64,000 nucleotides of DNA from Octopus vulgaris (Eukaryota), in the NCBI GenBank assembly GCA_951406725.2, contig OX597824.1:91140001-91204000 (forward strand), in the 5' to 3' direction. The translations under genes and the position numbers were made by a program. Shown piece by piece: positions 26,502 to 40,446 of the stretch (position 1 is the first letter of the stretch; each line of letters opens with the position of its first letter). A model generated the notes under the pieces. The model was not told the origin of the DNA. It ran no database searches and worked only from the letters and a program-made list of their open reading frames with translations.

Positions 26502-27181
26502 TATATGTGTATATATATAACTAAACATAAAAACAAATATTAATGCGTGTGTGTGTGTAAGTGTATGTGTGTATGTATATGTGTGTGTGTATGTGTGTGT
26601 TTGTGTGTGTTTGTATGTGTATGTGTATGTGAGTGTGTGTGTGTGTAGGACCGCTGCCTTTTGCGCAATTTCCTTCCAATTACCAAATTCCATTTCCAAT
26701 GTATCAGGTAACCACTGGCTAGAGTTGGAAGCTACGCCCTTGCCCCTGTTTCCGAAGACCCTCACCGCACGGACGAACCGGAAACTCATGCAGGGGTGAA
26801 GCGAACTTCGGCCCTCATTCAGACCGCTGCACTTGCACCAAAAGCTGACAGTGAATTGGGACGCAAAGTAAAATGTCACACTTAATATCAGAGAGTGCTA
26901 TTTTTAGTATGGAGGACGAAAATCAGTCAACAAACTACTTCATTTTAATATAACGTCTCATCCCAAAAGATGGGACATGCGGAAAACTAAGTGGATCCTA
27001 ACAAGGGTTGAGCAAACATATCCTGTCTAGCGTACCCTCCCATCTTAAGTATCACACTCACGCAAATATTTTAGCTTTGTCACGTCATCTCATGAGAGTC
27101 ACGAGATCGGAGATTTTGCAGTATCTATTTTTATTTTGCACGCGCGCACTCGTGTATATTTCTGTATGCATGCATGCATAC

Positions 27182-27256
<75 letters not shown>

Positions 27257-27279
27257 TATATACATGCATACATACATAC

Positions 27280-27312
<33 letters not shown>

Positions 27313-27315
<3 letters not shown>

Positions 27316-28060
27316 GGCTTCGACAAAATAATGTAAACATTTTAAAATTTCCAACAAATTTATTTTAATATGGGGTAGGACCACCTTTGGCAGTGTTACA
27401 CCTTGAATTCTATGAAGCATGGACTCGTACAAAGTTTGAATTGTTTCCAAAGGAATTTTTGCCCATTCTTCAGCTAAAACAGTCTCCAGTTCTTGTAGAA
27501 ATGATGGTGGAGGATATCGACTTGTTTTTCTAAAATGCACCATAAATGTTCAATAATATTGAGATCTGGGGACTGTGGTGGTCAGATAAGATGTTCAAAT
27601 TCATTAGAATGTTCCTCCTTCCATTCAGTAACAACTTTAGCTGTGTGAATTGGTGCATTATCATCCTGAAAGATTGCGTTTACCTCCGGAAACAGTTCTG
27701 CAACCATAGGATGAATTTGATCAGACAAAATGCTTAAATAGTCTTGACTATTTATTCTACCACGAAGGGAAAGCATTAGGCCGGCGGATTTCCAAGATAT
27801 AGCCCCCCCCAGATCTTCACAGATCCTCCTCCATGTTTAACAGTTGGAAGAAGGCAGTCTCCACACGTATACTCGGCCGGTGGTCGGAAATATGGTTGTA
27901 ATAGAGTTGTAAGAAGACAGTCTGGGTCAAATGCTTCGTCTGCCTGTTTCCACACGTATACTCGGCCGGTGGTTGGAAATAAGGTGAAGGATGACTCATC
28001 CGAGAAAATAACTTTCTTCCACTGCTCTAGGGACCAATTCCGTAGGTTTTTACTCCACTT
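27313..28060 (-). mobile_element. Tc1 (DD34E-type) transposon relic, 3' part with terminal inverted repeat (TIR)
   Basis: Translation IFQDDNAPIHTAKVVTEW...[14 protein letters not shown] with stops and frameshifts; terminus TA|CAGGG. Confidence 0.88.
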
Positions 28061-28319
28061 CTACAAGGCATTGCCCCAGCATGGCCGTAGTACAAAGACT
28101 GAAACCAGTAAAATATAATAAAATAAATGATGTAAGAATCTACTAATGTTACTACTATTATTTTTCTTGTTGTTGTTGTTGTTCTGGTTGTTGTGTGTTT
28201 CACGCATCGCTCAAAATACCACGGGTTTGGTCACGTTGCGTTCTACTTTAAAGAGGTGTCTTTTCCAAGAGGCTCCTCTTACGCTCCACCTTTCTCTCCA
28301 CACACTCTCTCTCCAAACA

Positions 28320-28320
28320 A

Positions 28321-28352
<32 letters not shown>

Positions 28353-28695
28353 ACACACACACATACACACACATACACACACAGACACACACATACACGC
28401 ACAGATACACACACACACAGACACACACACATAGACACACACACACACGCACAGACACACACACACACATACACAGACACACACAGACACATACACACAG
28501 ACACAGACACACACACAGACACACACACAGACACACACATACAGACACACACACACACGCACAGACACACACACACAGACACACACACACAGACACACGC
28601 ACACACACACACACAAACACACACATACAGACACACACAGAGACACACACACACACGCACATACACAGACACACACACACATACACACACACACA
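28320..28695. repeat. Degenerate (AC)n/(ACAG) array
   Basis: Direct reading; similar arrays at 16590-16900 and 20030-20128. Confidence 0.95.
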
Positions 28696-28984
28696 TTTCC
28701 TTTAACACTTCACAAATCCGGTTGAAATGACCTCATACATACATATTCATAAGCAACTATTGTGAATTCCTTACAGCTTAGTCTCTCTTTTTTTTCTGGG
28801 TTCTCCTTCATTCTTGTCAAGTGGTAAATATTTGTGGATTTATAGCTAATGGAGATCACCCACTTTGGCATCGTTTGGTTTCCTTCCAAGTTTTCCTAAT
28901 TAAGCTTGGACAATGCTTCGATTTTGGTATCAAGTTTTGGGAGGTTGAGTGACATACATACGTACGTACACACACACATGACCT

Positions 28985-29190
28985 CGTGTGTACCGTTGGC
29001 GATTTTTTTCCCTGTGTCTTCCCTCCTCTGGATCTTTCCTTCTCCTATGTTTCCGACGAAGAGCTCCGCTCGAAACGTTAAACCCTCCTTCTTCCCTTCT
29101 TTCCTGAGCGTCCAATAATACTATATTTGTTCCACGTCCTCGCGTTGTTGTGTTCTTTTTGTGCTTTCTTGTTTGGATTAACTATACGGA
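28985..29190 (+). mobile_element. Family H1-related element with variant hammerhead (CCGACGA core)
   Basis: 29049-29083 reads GTTT-CCGACGA-A-GAGC-TCC-GCTC-GAAACGTT-AAAC, followed by TTCCTGAGCGTCCAATAATAC. Confidence 0.65.
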
Positions 29191-29602
29191 CCCAGGATGC
29201 CACATACGGACCCAGGTTTCAAGGTGTTTGCCTCTCGTCAACGTATGGCAGGCACCGCCCCTCGACGAACGACTCTCTGTGCAGGATATTTATATATAGA
29301 TTTTCACGTAAATACATTTACTGATTTCGAAAATCTGTTCGACAGCAATAATAATTCTCTACTGGTGACGTTGATGATCGCCTGGGGCTAAATGCATCAG
29401 TAACACCCCCACCGCCCTGCCCTGTCCCTAGCCACATTCAGATGGCTAATGTCCCTTTTGTTATATATATATATATATATATATATGTATGCATACATAC
29501 ACACATACATACATACATACATACATACATACATACATTCATACATACATACATACATACATACATACATACATACATACATACAGACAGACAGACAGAC
29601 AG

Positions 29603-29985
29603 ATAGACTTATACCTGTAATTATTGGGGCCCTGGAATATGTAACACACTGTCTAATAACCAATCTTGAGAAATTAGGCTTATCAAAACCAAAAAGGAGA
29701 AAGCTAATTCGAGGACTACAGATCCAATCCATCACTGGAACTGTAAAAATCTGTAAAACTTTCCAGAAGTTTATCATTTAAATGTATATGAGCATGTCTA
29801 GATATGTAACTATAGGCATGAGAATACGTGCATAAAACAAAACATACAAATCTACATGTGTACATACGTACAAAAATACCCTGTTGTTGATGTTGAAATT
29901 CCAAAGAAGGAGCCTTGGATCCGAGTTAGAAACCGGTTCTTTTTCTATTGGCAAGAAATTTTGAGATAAAACTGAAGAATGGCAT
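29603..29985 (+). mobile_element. 5'-truncated R4/Dong-like non-LTR retrotransposon (restriction-like endonuclease C-terminus plus 3' UTR)
   Basis: RLIPVIIGALEYVTHCLITNLEKLG...IQSITGTVKICKTF* (stop ends at 29781) fits the PxVIGALG...IQ...GT..I end of RLE-clade ORFs; embedded in (CATA)n. Confidence 0.7.
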
Positions 29986-30019
29986 ACATACATATATACA
30001 TACTTACATACATACATAC

Positions 30020-30050
<31 letters not shown>

Positions 30051-30155
30051 CATACATACATACATACATACATACATACATACATACATACATACATACA
30101 TACATACATACATACATACATACATACATACATACATACTTACATACATACATAC

Positions 30156-30186
<31 letters not shown>

Positions 30187-30557
30187 CATACATGCATGCA
30201 TACATACATACATACATACATACATACGTACATACATACATACATACTTACATACATACATACATACAAACATACATACATACATACATACATACATACA
30301 TACATACATACATACATACATACTTACATACATACATACATACAAACATACATACATACATACATACATACATACATACATACATACATACATACATACA
30401 TACATACATACATACATACATACATACTTACATACATACATACATACAAACATACATACATACATACATACAAACATACATACATACATACATACATACA
30501 TACATACATGCATACATACATACATGCATACATGCATACATACATACATACATACAT
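29985..30557. repeat. ~570 bp (CATA)n array
   Basis: Direct reading; similar arrays at 41000-41480 and 46450-47085. Confidence 0.95.
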
Positions 30558-30564
30558 AGTTCAA

Positions 30565-30740
30565 ATTTATTGAAAAAGAAAAGACGAAGATAGGTGTATG
30601 AACATCAAGCAGGTGTATTATTTTGACGCTTGGGAAGGTGAGAAAGTCTTTTACGTTTCAAGCTTACGCTCTTCAACAGAAAGGAATGAGAGGAAATGAA
30701 CAGAAAGGGACTAAAAAGCTTGTGGGTTTAGCGTTCAAGG
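30565..30740 (-). mobile_element. Family H1 element with variant hammerhead (CUGUUGA)
   Basis: Minus strand at 30683-30646 reads CTTT-CTGTTGA-A-GAGC-GTAA-GCTT-GAAACGTA-AAAG. Confidence 0.65.
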
Positions 30741-30751
30741 ATACATACATT

Positions 30752-30791
<40 letters not shown>

Positions 30792-31348
30792 ACAAGCCAA
30801 CTGTAGGTATCAGTTCAGAGTGGCGGTTCTGAACAGGGGTCCCTATGGCTCTTTGGGGGTCAATATAAGAATTTAAAATGTATGCGAAATAAACTGGTTA
30901 TACTTGTTAATATTACTCGAAATATTTTAACCCTTTCTTTTTTTTATACAATGATTTATAATATTCAATTCTAAAAAATATATTAGGCGCAGGAACTTAC
31001 CAATCACATGGTAATATATATATATATACTTATACGTATGTATGTACAGCTATGCATACACACACACACAGAGACACACACACACGTGCTTAAATGCTGT
31101 CAAGTGGGAAGGGATTACGCCAGCACTCCACTTAACTTCGACAACAATCTCACATTGGTTGTTTCCTCTTCAAACAAAACAATGCAACGTCGTGCTTTAT
31201 TTCGTTCGCATATTCATTGCATTTCCTCTTTCTCTCCACTTGCTCTCTCTCTCTCTCTCTCTGTAACATTCTTTCTCTTTAGTTGAATTTAATATATATG
31301 TACACACACACACACATGTATATATATATATATACATACATATATATA

Positions 31349-31446
<98 letters not shown>

Positions 31447-31454
31447 TTATATAT

Positions 31455-31611
31455 AGGAGTGGCTCTGTGGTAAGTAGGTTGTTTAACAACCGCATGGTTC
31501 CGGGATCAGTCCCACTTCGTGGCTCCTTCGACAAGTGTCTTCTACTATAGCCGCGGGACGACCAAAGCCTTGTGAGTGGATTTGGTAGACGGAAACTGAA
31601 AGAAGCCTGTC

Positions 31612-31706
<95 letters not shown>

Positions 31707-31735
31707 TTATTTGTGTCTGTGTTTGTCCCCCACTT
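31455..31735 (+). mobile_element. SINE S1, 5' part
   Basis: Homology to S1. Confidence 0.85.
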
Positions 31736-31766
31736 ACATATATATATATATATCCGCTCGGGGTGA

Positions 31767-31833
<67 letters not shown>

Positions 31834-32207
31834 ATATATGTGTCTGTGTTGAAGTTTTCTCACACAATGCTGTATATTAATTGTTAGTTACTTGAGGCTA
31901 ATCCCCCGCAATATTTCGTCAATCATGGCGATATCAAGGCGCCAGTGACGAGATCAAAACGTCCTTAAGCACGTCTGTCACTTAATCCGGTACTTTAACA
32001 GAAATAATAAAATTATTATTACTTATTAAGCTAATATTTCATTGTTTCTGTTATTTTAATATGTTTATCACAGTATAGACATATCTAATTAAACTTTTAA
32101 CGCCTCTTGCTTTAATTATGTTAATGTTGACCTAACTATTGTTTTTCATGAGAATGACGTCCGCTAATTACTTCATCACGGGGATGCGTGCGCGCGCACG
32201 CATGCGT

Positions 32208-32245
<38 letters not shown>

Positions 32246-32324
32246 ACATTATTTATAACTTGTGTGTAATTATGTGTATACAAATAAGCATGTTTATATA
32301 TGTGCACACACACACGCACATAAA

Positions 32325-32475
32325 TATACGACTGGCTTCTCTTCAGTTTCCGTCTACCAAATCCACTCACAAGGCTTTGGTCAGCCCGAGGCTATAGTAG
32401 AAGATATTCACTCTGCCCAAGGTGCCACGCAGTGGAACTGAACCCAGAATCATGTGGTTGGGAAGCAAGCTTCTT

Positions 32476-32513
<38 letters not shown>

Positions 32514-32850
32514 GAATAAGAAATACTCCTTTTTAAAGCCTAGCCAGGCTCATAGGCCCGGTTTCCCGGTTTCAATGGCGTATGTGTTCCCCAGCTGGAC
32601 GGGACGAAGTATTTTGCTCAAGAACACAACGCGTTGCCCGGTCCAGGAATCGAAACCACAATCTTACGATCATGGAGCACCGCCTTTAGTGGAGCAAATG
32701 GACCCCAGGACTTATTCTTTGTAAGCCTAATACTTATTCTATTGGTCTCGTTTGCCGAACCGCTAAATTACGGGGATGTAAACACACCAGCATTGGTTAT
32801 CAAGCGATGTTGGTGGGGGGGACAAACACAGACACACAAACATATACACG
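32325..32850 (-). mobile_element. Rearranged SINE cluster (S1 5' part, another SINE fragment, S1 3' part)
   Basis: S1 homology at 32325-32480 and 32668-32850. Confidence 0.75.
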
Positions 32851-32851
32851 C

Positions 32852-32914
<63 letters not shown>

Positions 32915-33211
32915 CACGAATTTAGAAGGAAGGTGGAGACTGGAATGTCAAAGAATAAACCCAACGTTTCTTCTCTGTGTCGTAAAAGGGGACTTAATGA
33001 GGTTGATCTTGAATTTGCCCTCTGATCCCCGTAAAACCCTCACCAGCAACGACTATCCAAATGGGCCCATGTGTTGGATGGTTGTCGCTTTAGTGCTGCA
33101 AAGGTTCAATCCAACAAATGGTGGATGTAGGGACGTGCTGTAAGTGCGCATTCCCAAACCACCACCACCACCACCACCACCACCACCAATACCATCACCA
33201 CCACTACCACA

Positions 33212-33274
<63 letters not shown>

Positions 33275-33839
33275 GCTGCTGCTGCTACTACTACTTTAAA
33301 ACAGAGAATTCGTATCATGGAACAGTGGCAGTCACAAGCGAGTTGCTGTCAGACGGAGTTACCAGTCAGACATAATTTAAATCCGGCGGTGATGATTTCT
33401 ATCAGTTACAATATCGTTTTTTAATGACCCTGGTTGCCAACTATTAAAATAAAGAAAAACACACACTAAAATGGCGGCTATAAAAGCCGCCATTATCGTC
33501 GTCTCTTAATTTAGAAGATGAGATTACTGATACGATATCTAACGTTAATGGACTTAGGGACGGTATCGATCCAAATTAAGCGTTATTTAAATGTATAGAT
33601 CTCGTAAAAGAATATTTAGAAAAAAAAGCGAAATAAATAATATGAAAATTAAAATACATCGCAATCGTGTCTTCTGGATAAAACGCACGCATGCAACATA
33701 CGCACGACACACACACACACGTCCGCACATATGAAATATTTCGGATATACTCACACACACACATTTATATAAATGCATATGTGTGTGTGTGTGTGTGTGT
33801 ATTCTTTTATTCCTTTATTCTTTTATTCTTTTAATCTTT

Positions 33840-34250
33840 GACTTGTTTCAGTCATTTGACTGCGACCATGTACTTATTCTATCAGTCTCTATTCTATCGG
33901 TATCATTTGCCGAGCCGCTAGATCAAGGGGATTTAAACACACCAGCATCGGATGTCAGGCGATGATGGGGGGACAAACACCGACACACAAGCACATACAC
34001 ACAAGCACACACACACAAACATACACACACACACGCACACACACACGCACACACACACACATATAGATATATATACGACGAGCTTCTTTCAGTTTCCGTC
34101 TACCAAATCCACTTACAAAGCTTTGGTGGGCCCGAGGCTATAGTAGAAGACACTTGCCCAAGGTGCCAAGCAGTGGGATTGAACCCGGAACCATGCGGTT
34201 AGGAAGTAAGTCAGGAAGGAAGCTTCCTACACCACACCCATTCCTGCGCC
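33840..34250 (-). mobile_element. SINE S1 with internal deletion
   Basis: Homology to S1. Confidence 0.85.
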
Positions 34251-34344
34251 AACCCTTGGACCCTTCAACCCTTCAACCCATATATATATGGAAATCGGCC
34301 TTGGATCGATATGACTCGCGACGGTAACCTTTACATATATATCT

Positions 34345-34572
34345 ATTTCTTCACTACCCACAAGGGGCTAAACACAGAGAGGACAAACAAGGACAGACAA
34401 ATGGATTAAGTCGATTATATCGACCCCAGTGCGTAACTGGTACTTAATTTATCGACCCCGAAAGGATGAAAGGCAAAGTCGACCTCGGCGGAATTTGAAC
34501 TCAGAACGTAACGGCAGACGAAATACGGCTACGCATTTCACCCAGCGTGCTAATGTTTCACCCAGCTCGCCA
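34345..34572 (-). mobile_element. SINE S2, near full length
   Basis: Reverse complement of 18354-18570. Confidence 0.88.
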
Positions 34573-34710
34573 TCAGAACGGAGGCACGGCTGTGTAGTCT
34601 AAAAACTTGAGGTTTCTGGTTCAGTCCCATTGCCTGGCATCTTGGCCTACCAAAATCTTGCGTGTGGAGTTGGTTGACGAAAACTGAAACACGGAAAAGA
34701 TAAAAGATGT

Positions 34711-34794
<84 letters not shown>

Positions 34795-36050
34795 GTGTAT
34801 GTGTTACTTTTTATTTTCTTCTTTGTTTCTCTGTAATCGATTCCATTTTATCTCTCTGTAAATGGATATTAATTTCCATATCTTTCACATCTGGATGAAA
34901 GATGACGCAATGTTGACATCACGTCTGGTGACAACAGTTATATTTATTTTTTTCTCTTGTTTCAGTGATTGGATGTGGCCATGCTGGGGCACGGCATTCA
35001 AGTGTTTAATCGAACAAATCACCCACAGTACTTATTTCATAAGTCTAGTACATAATCTATCGGCCTATTTGTCGAACCACTAAGTTACGGTCAGTTACTG
35101 GAGTTTCCTTATATTAAATTCCATTCACAAAATATTGGTTATCTCAAGATTTTACTAAACTGGCCAAGATGTCCCACGGTGGAATCGAACCCACACTCAC
35201 GTGATTAATGAATGATTCGAACCTATTGACAACAAGACCCGCACCTGCTTTAAGTTTTCTTTATTTTATCTTATTTTATTTATTACTTGTTCTATTTTTT
35301 ATATTTTCGCATAGAAGAGGTGCGCTGAATAGAATACAGTTCCAGGTTAATACTTTATAGCCTCCCCCAATTCTCAGCCGGGTCACTTTCTATACTTTTA
35401 ATCATGTAACATAGTATTTCATTGTCTGTAGTTTTTGAATTCAATCATTCTATTTACTAGTTTTTATTGTGTGAAAATCAATATGACTAAAGTTATATTA
35501 ATGACTTTTCATTTTCTGTGTAATTGTATTTCATTGTGAAGGCTTTTACTTCGAAATTGCAATACGATCGTACACATTATTGTCAAAAGAAAAAAAAAGT
35601 ATGGAGCTTTTTTTTTTTTGTGACAAGAACAAAAAAATATTAGATGTGTACCCTGAAAATAATGGCTAGAAATCCCAGGCGATATTGTTAAGGATCCAAC
35701 AGGTTGGGCTGTGTATAGATTCATACTTCCGGAGAGCTACTTTCAAAAGAGGATAATTAAAAAAGGATTAAACTACATTCAGAATTGTCAAAAGGTAATA
35801 AAATATCATAAAATTCTGTTTTCTGTAAATATATGTGTTTAAGTACATATGCATACGTGACTGAATGTATGTTCATTTGGGATGAGATGTGTGTATACAT
35901 ATATACATAACATTCATTCATACACAGAGAAACACACACATACATACATACATGCATACATACATACATACATACATACATACATACATACATACATACA
36001 TACATACATACATACATACATACATTCATATATGTGTGTGTGTGAGTATA

Positions 36051-36365
36051 CAGGGTGATTCAGAAGTCGCCATACATAGGAACAATTTATCTTTGTATAC
36101 GAAACAGTTTATAAGAACAGTTTATTTTTATTTAAACAGGCTCTGTATGGTCACCATTGTTTTTAATACACATTGCAATACGTTTACCCCACTCATTGTG
36201 AACTGATAATAGCACATCTGGAGATACGTGGGCAAAGGAGTTGGTGATGTGTTCCTTCAAATGATTTAGGTATTTTATCTTTCCACGATACACCATGATT
36301 TCAAATGCCCCCAAAGATAGAAATCAAGAAGGATCAGATCAGGGAACTAGGAGATCTTATAAACT
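36051..36365 (-). mobile_element. Tc1/mariner (rosa/maT-like) transposase C-terminal relic with terminus
   Basis: ...[53 protein letters not shown] fits the VY...L..LK..I...R...C....G.H.E pattern; terminus TA|CAGGGTGATTCA. Confidence 0.75.
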
Positions 36366-36410
36366 GTTTCTAAAAAAAAAAAATCAATTTTTCCTATGTA
36401 TGGTGACTTA

Positions 36411-36492
<82 letters not shown>

Positions 36493-36574
36493 AGAAGGTT
36501 TGGCGGTGATGTACAGGTATTATATATTAGAAAAAGAAAGGTACTAAGATTTCTGAGTACCTTATTTTTTCTTA

Positions 36575-36631
<57 letters not shown>

Positions 36632-36636
<5 letters not shown>

Positions 36637-37006
36637 AGGAGTGGCTGTGTGGTAAGTAGCTTGCTTACCAACCACATGGTTCCAGGTTTAGTCCCACTGC
36701 GTGGCATCTTGGCCAAGCACCTTCTACCATAGCCTCGGGCCGACCAAAGCCTTGTGACGGAAACTGAAAGAAGCCCGTCGTATATATATATATGTATGTG
36801 TGTATATGTTTGTGTGTCTGTGCTTGTTCTCCCAACATCATTTGACAACCGATGCTGGTGTGTTTACGTCCCCGTAACTTAGCAGTTCGGCAAAAGAGAC
36901 CGATATAATAAGTACTAGGCTTACAAAGAATAAGTCCTTGGGTCGACTCGCTCGACTAAAAGCGGTGTTCCAACATGGCCACAGTCAAATGACTGAAACA
37001 AGTAAA

Positions 37007-37010
<4 letters not shown>
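36632..37010 (+). mobile_element. SINE S1
   Basis: Homology to S1; lies between (TA)n tracts. Confidence 0.9.
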
Positions 37011-37072
<62 letters not shown>

Positions 37073-37127
37073 CACCAAGTGTACCCTATTTTTAAATGTC
37101 TACAACCTCAATATAATTGACAACAAT

Positions 37128-37545
37128 AGGCGCAGGAGTGACTGTGTGGTAAGTAGCTTGCTAAACAACCACATGGTTCCGGGTTCAGTCCCACTGCGTG
37201 GCATCTTGGGCAAGTGTCTTCTGCTATAGCCCCGGGCCGACCAATGCCTTGTGAGTGGATTTGGTAGACAGAAACTGATAGAAGCCTGTCGTATATATAT
37301 GTATATAAATATATGTATGTGTGTGTGTTTGTGTGTCTGTGTTTGTCCCCCTAGCATTGCTTGACAACCGATGCTGGTGTGTTTACGTCCCCGTTACTTA
37401 GCGGTTCGGCAAAAGAGACTGATAGAATAAGTACTGGGCTTACAAAGAATAAGTCCCGGGGTCGATTTGCTCGACTAAAGGCGGTGCTCCAGCATGGCCG
37501 CAATCAAATGACTGAAACAAGTAAAAGAGAGTAAAGAGTAAGAGT
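37128..37545 (+). mobile_element. SINE S1, full length, young
   Basis: Intact head and GAGTAAAGAGTAAGAG tail; possible ATAGGC TSD. Confidence 0.9.
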
Positions 37546-37853
37546 ATAGGCACTGAAAAAAAAACTACTTTTATCCATTGGCTGAAACAGCTGTAAGGAG
37601 TGATTTTAATGATTTCAGTAAATTATATTAGGATTTTTATAATTGTATTCTTATCTTATATGTATTGAATTATAATGTAGATATGTATGTTATTAAGGTC
37701 CTCGTTTTTGTTAAATAAATTAGTCAACCTTCTAATATCCGAAAGCTGAAGAACCAACTAAATTGCTTCTCCATTTTCTTATTTGTACTATATACATACA
37801 TACATACATACATACATACATACATACATACATACACACACATTCACACACAC

Positions 37854-37885
<32 letters not shown>

Positions 37886-38361
37886 GTATATATATATTGA
37901 AATACTAATTAGAGGTATATGGACAAAATCGAACATGCATAGACAAGGTAAAGGTGTTGTTAGTTCGTCGGACGGCTGCGGTTTTTAGGCGTTAGGGAAT
38001 ATATTCTCTGTGCGCCTGATGTAAAATAAACACCTGAATATAAGTCATAGTCAGGCGAGACAATTCACATAGGTCCCTTCTCGAAGCATCGGACATCAAT
38101 GTTTCATCATCGTTGTGTCTTATCAATGCCACACACCGAACAAGGCCTGCTGCAAGTCATATGGCCGACTATGACGATATGCGAAATGGTTTAAGCACTA
38201 TCTGCTGGTCTTTCATAAAAAACTCTTGCTCTGTCTTGTGCCTCGGAGTATAACTTTCTAGGTGCAATCCCATTATCATGACCGAAGGAGGTCCTTACCC
38301 TTTATATGTGAGTGTGTCCGTTCTTGTGTGTGTGTGTGTGTGTGTATGTACTTGTGCATGT

Positions 38362-38413
<52 letters not shown>

Positions 38414-39109
38414 ATGTGTGTGAGTGTGTGTGTGTGTAAAGTTTTCCCATCCGTTTTATACCTCTAGAACAACGCTGTCCAACAGGTCCTTCAAGCCCTT
38501 CCTTTTTAACACAATACTGTGCGATTTGGTTGCCATTTCTAACAGGTTCAATGACCACATCGAACCTTCCCATATATATTTGATAGTGTCAGGTAAATGG
38601 CGGACGTAGACAACCAGAAGACAACGATTTTCCATAGACGTATCATAAATCTATCTCCCATTCTCCCACAACTCCCATTCTTTCTCTCTACCACCATCAG
38701 TCCCCCTCTCTCATTTTCTCTGTCATTTTCAATCCCCCCTCTCTCATGCTCTCTATATATATCTATCCCTCACTTTCACCCTCCCCTTATTTCAAAAACA
38801 AAAACAAAAAAAGTATTCTTATCACTCTCTGACTCATACCTAGCTTTATTCGAAGTATATTATTTTCCGTACTGTTTGCTTAGTTCGTGTCGTGTTTTAG
38901 GGTGAGATCCTGTTAACAATGTATCGTGTAAGAGTATGGGAAACTATTCTGAGAGGGGTTTACTGGTAAGGAATGGCATGGCACCAATTGTAGTCAAGCT
39001 AGAGATTTTTTTTTCAGTTACATGACTAACCGTACAGCCGACACACCGATATGGAGATACCCTTAAAAAAATGAATATATATATAATGATAATAATAATA
39101 TTAATAATG

Positions 39110-39193
<84 letters not shown>

Positions 39194-39431
39194 TAATAAC
39201 AATAATAATAATAATAATAATTATAATAATAATAATAATAATATATATATATATATATAAGTACATGCATATATACATGCATATATGTACACACCTACAT
39301 ATATATATATATATATATCCACGCATATATGGGTACAGGACATCAAAAAACGTTGACAAAATGAGAAACGAGAACATAAAAAACAAGGGAATGTTCTTTA
39401 TGTTGCCTGTCTCGTTTCTCTGTTTGTTTAA

Positions 39432-39682
39432 CAGGCGTAGGAGTGGCTGTGTGGTAAGTAGCTTGCTTACGAACCACATGGTTCCGGGTTCAGCCCCACT
39501 GCGTGGCACCTTGGGCGAGCGTCTTCTACTATGGCCTCGGACCGACTAAAGCCTTGTGAGTGGATTTGGTAGACGCAAACTGAAAGAAGCCCGTCGTATA
39601 TATATATGTATGTATGTGTGTGTATCTTTGTGTCTGTCCACCCACCACTTGACAACCGGTGTTGTTGGCTTTACGTCCCTGT
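39432..39682 (+). mobile_element. SINE S1, 3'-truncated
   Basis: Homology to S1. Confidence 0.85.
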
Positions 39683-40041
39683 ATGAATATATTTGTTTTT
39701 ATGTTCAGTTATAATAAAACCAATTTTACATTAGTCTGACGGATTCCGCAATGCTTTTGTAGAGTACAAATTTGCTATTTTTAAATCAGAACATCGTTGA
39801 CCGTGACTTCGAAGTGTCGGTCATCGTCGGACAATGGTTTAGCTAATCGAAACATCGAAGCCACTTTCAAGAATATTCTTATTTAAGAATAATTTGCGTG
39901 TGTGTGTGTGTGTGTCTGTGTGTACATTACCATCGATGTCTATACAGCTATTCTTAGAAACACTCACGTGTATTTTTTTCATTAGCGTCACATCAAATAA
40001 GCTTTACCAGTATCTATTATCATAATATTAAATTTGTAAAT

Positions 40042-40446
40042 GTGAAGTATATTTGCCACTTAAATGTGGCTAACCACTAAGGGTGGATGTTACGGTAGCT
40101 TGTAACCCCAGGAGAACATCTCTCGAGCTGGCTATTGACACACATTTTCTGTGCCCTATCGGTATTTGCAAAGGGAAGCCATCCTTCCCATCGTCGACCT
40201 GACGTGATACGCACGGACCCGGGTTTCTGAGTATTTACCCGTCCAGGTCGACGATGGGAAGGATGGCTTCCCTTTGCAAATACCGATAGGGCAGAAAAAG
40301 GGTGTCAATAGCCAACTGGAGAAGATGTCCTCCTGGAGCTACAAGCTACAGTAACATCCACCTTTAGTGGTTAGCCATATTTAGATGGCGAATATACTTC
40401 ACATTGTCGTGCAGTTACTGTTTATACCTCGTTCAGAGATTTATTA
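40042..40446. mobile_element. Long hairpin element (~160 bp arms plus tail) with 13-bp TSD; PLE-like architecture
   Basis: Arms at 40040-40201 and 40244-40405; TAAATTTGTAAAT at 40029-40041 and 40447-40459; diverged relative at ~22555-22650. Confidence 0.75.
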
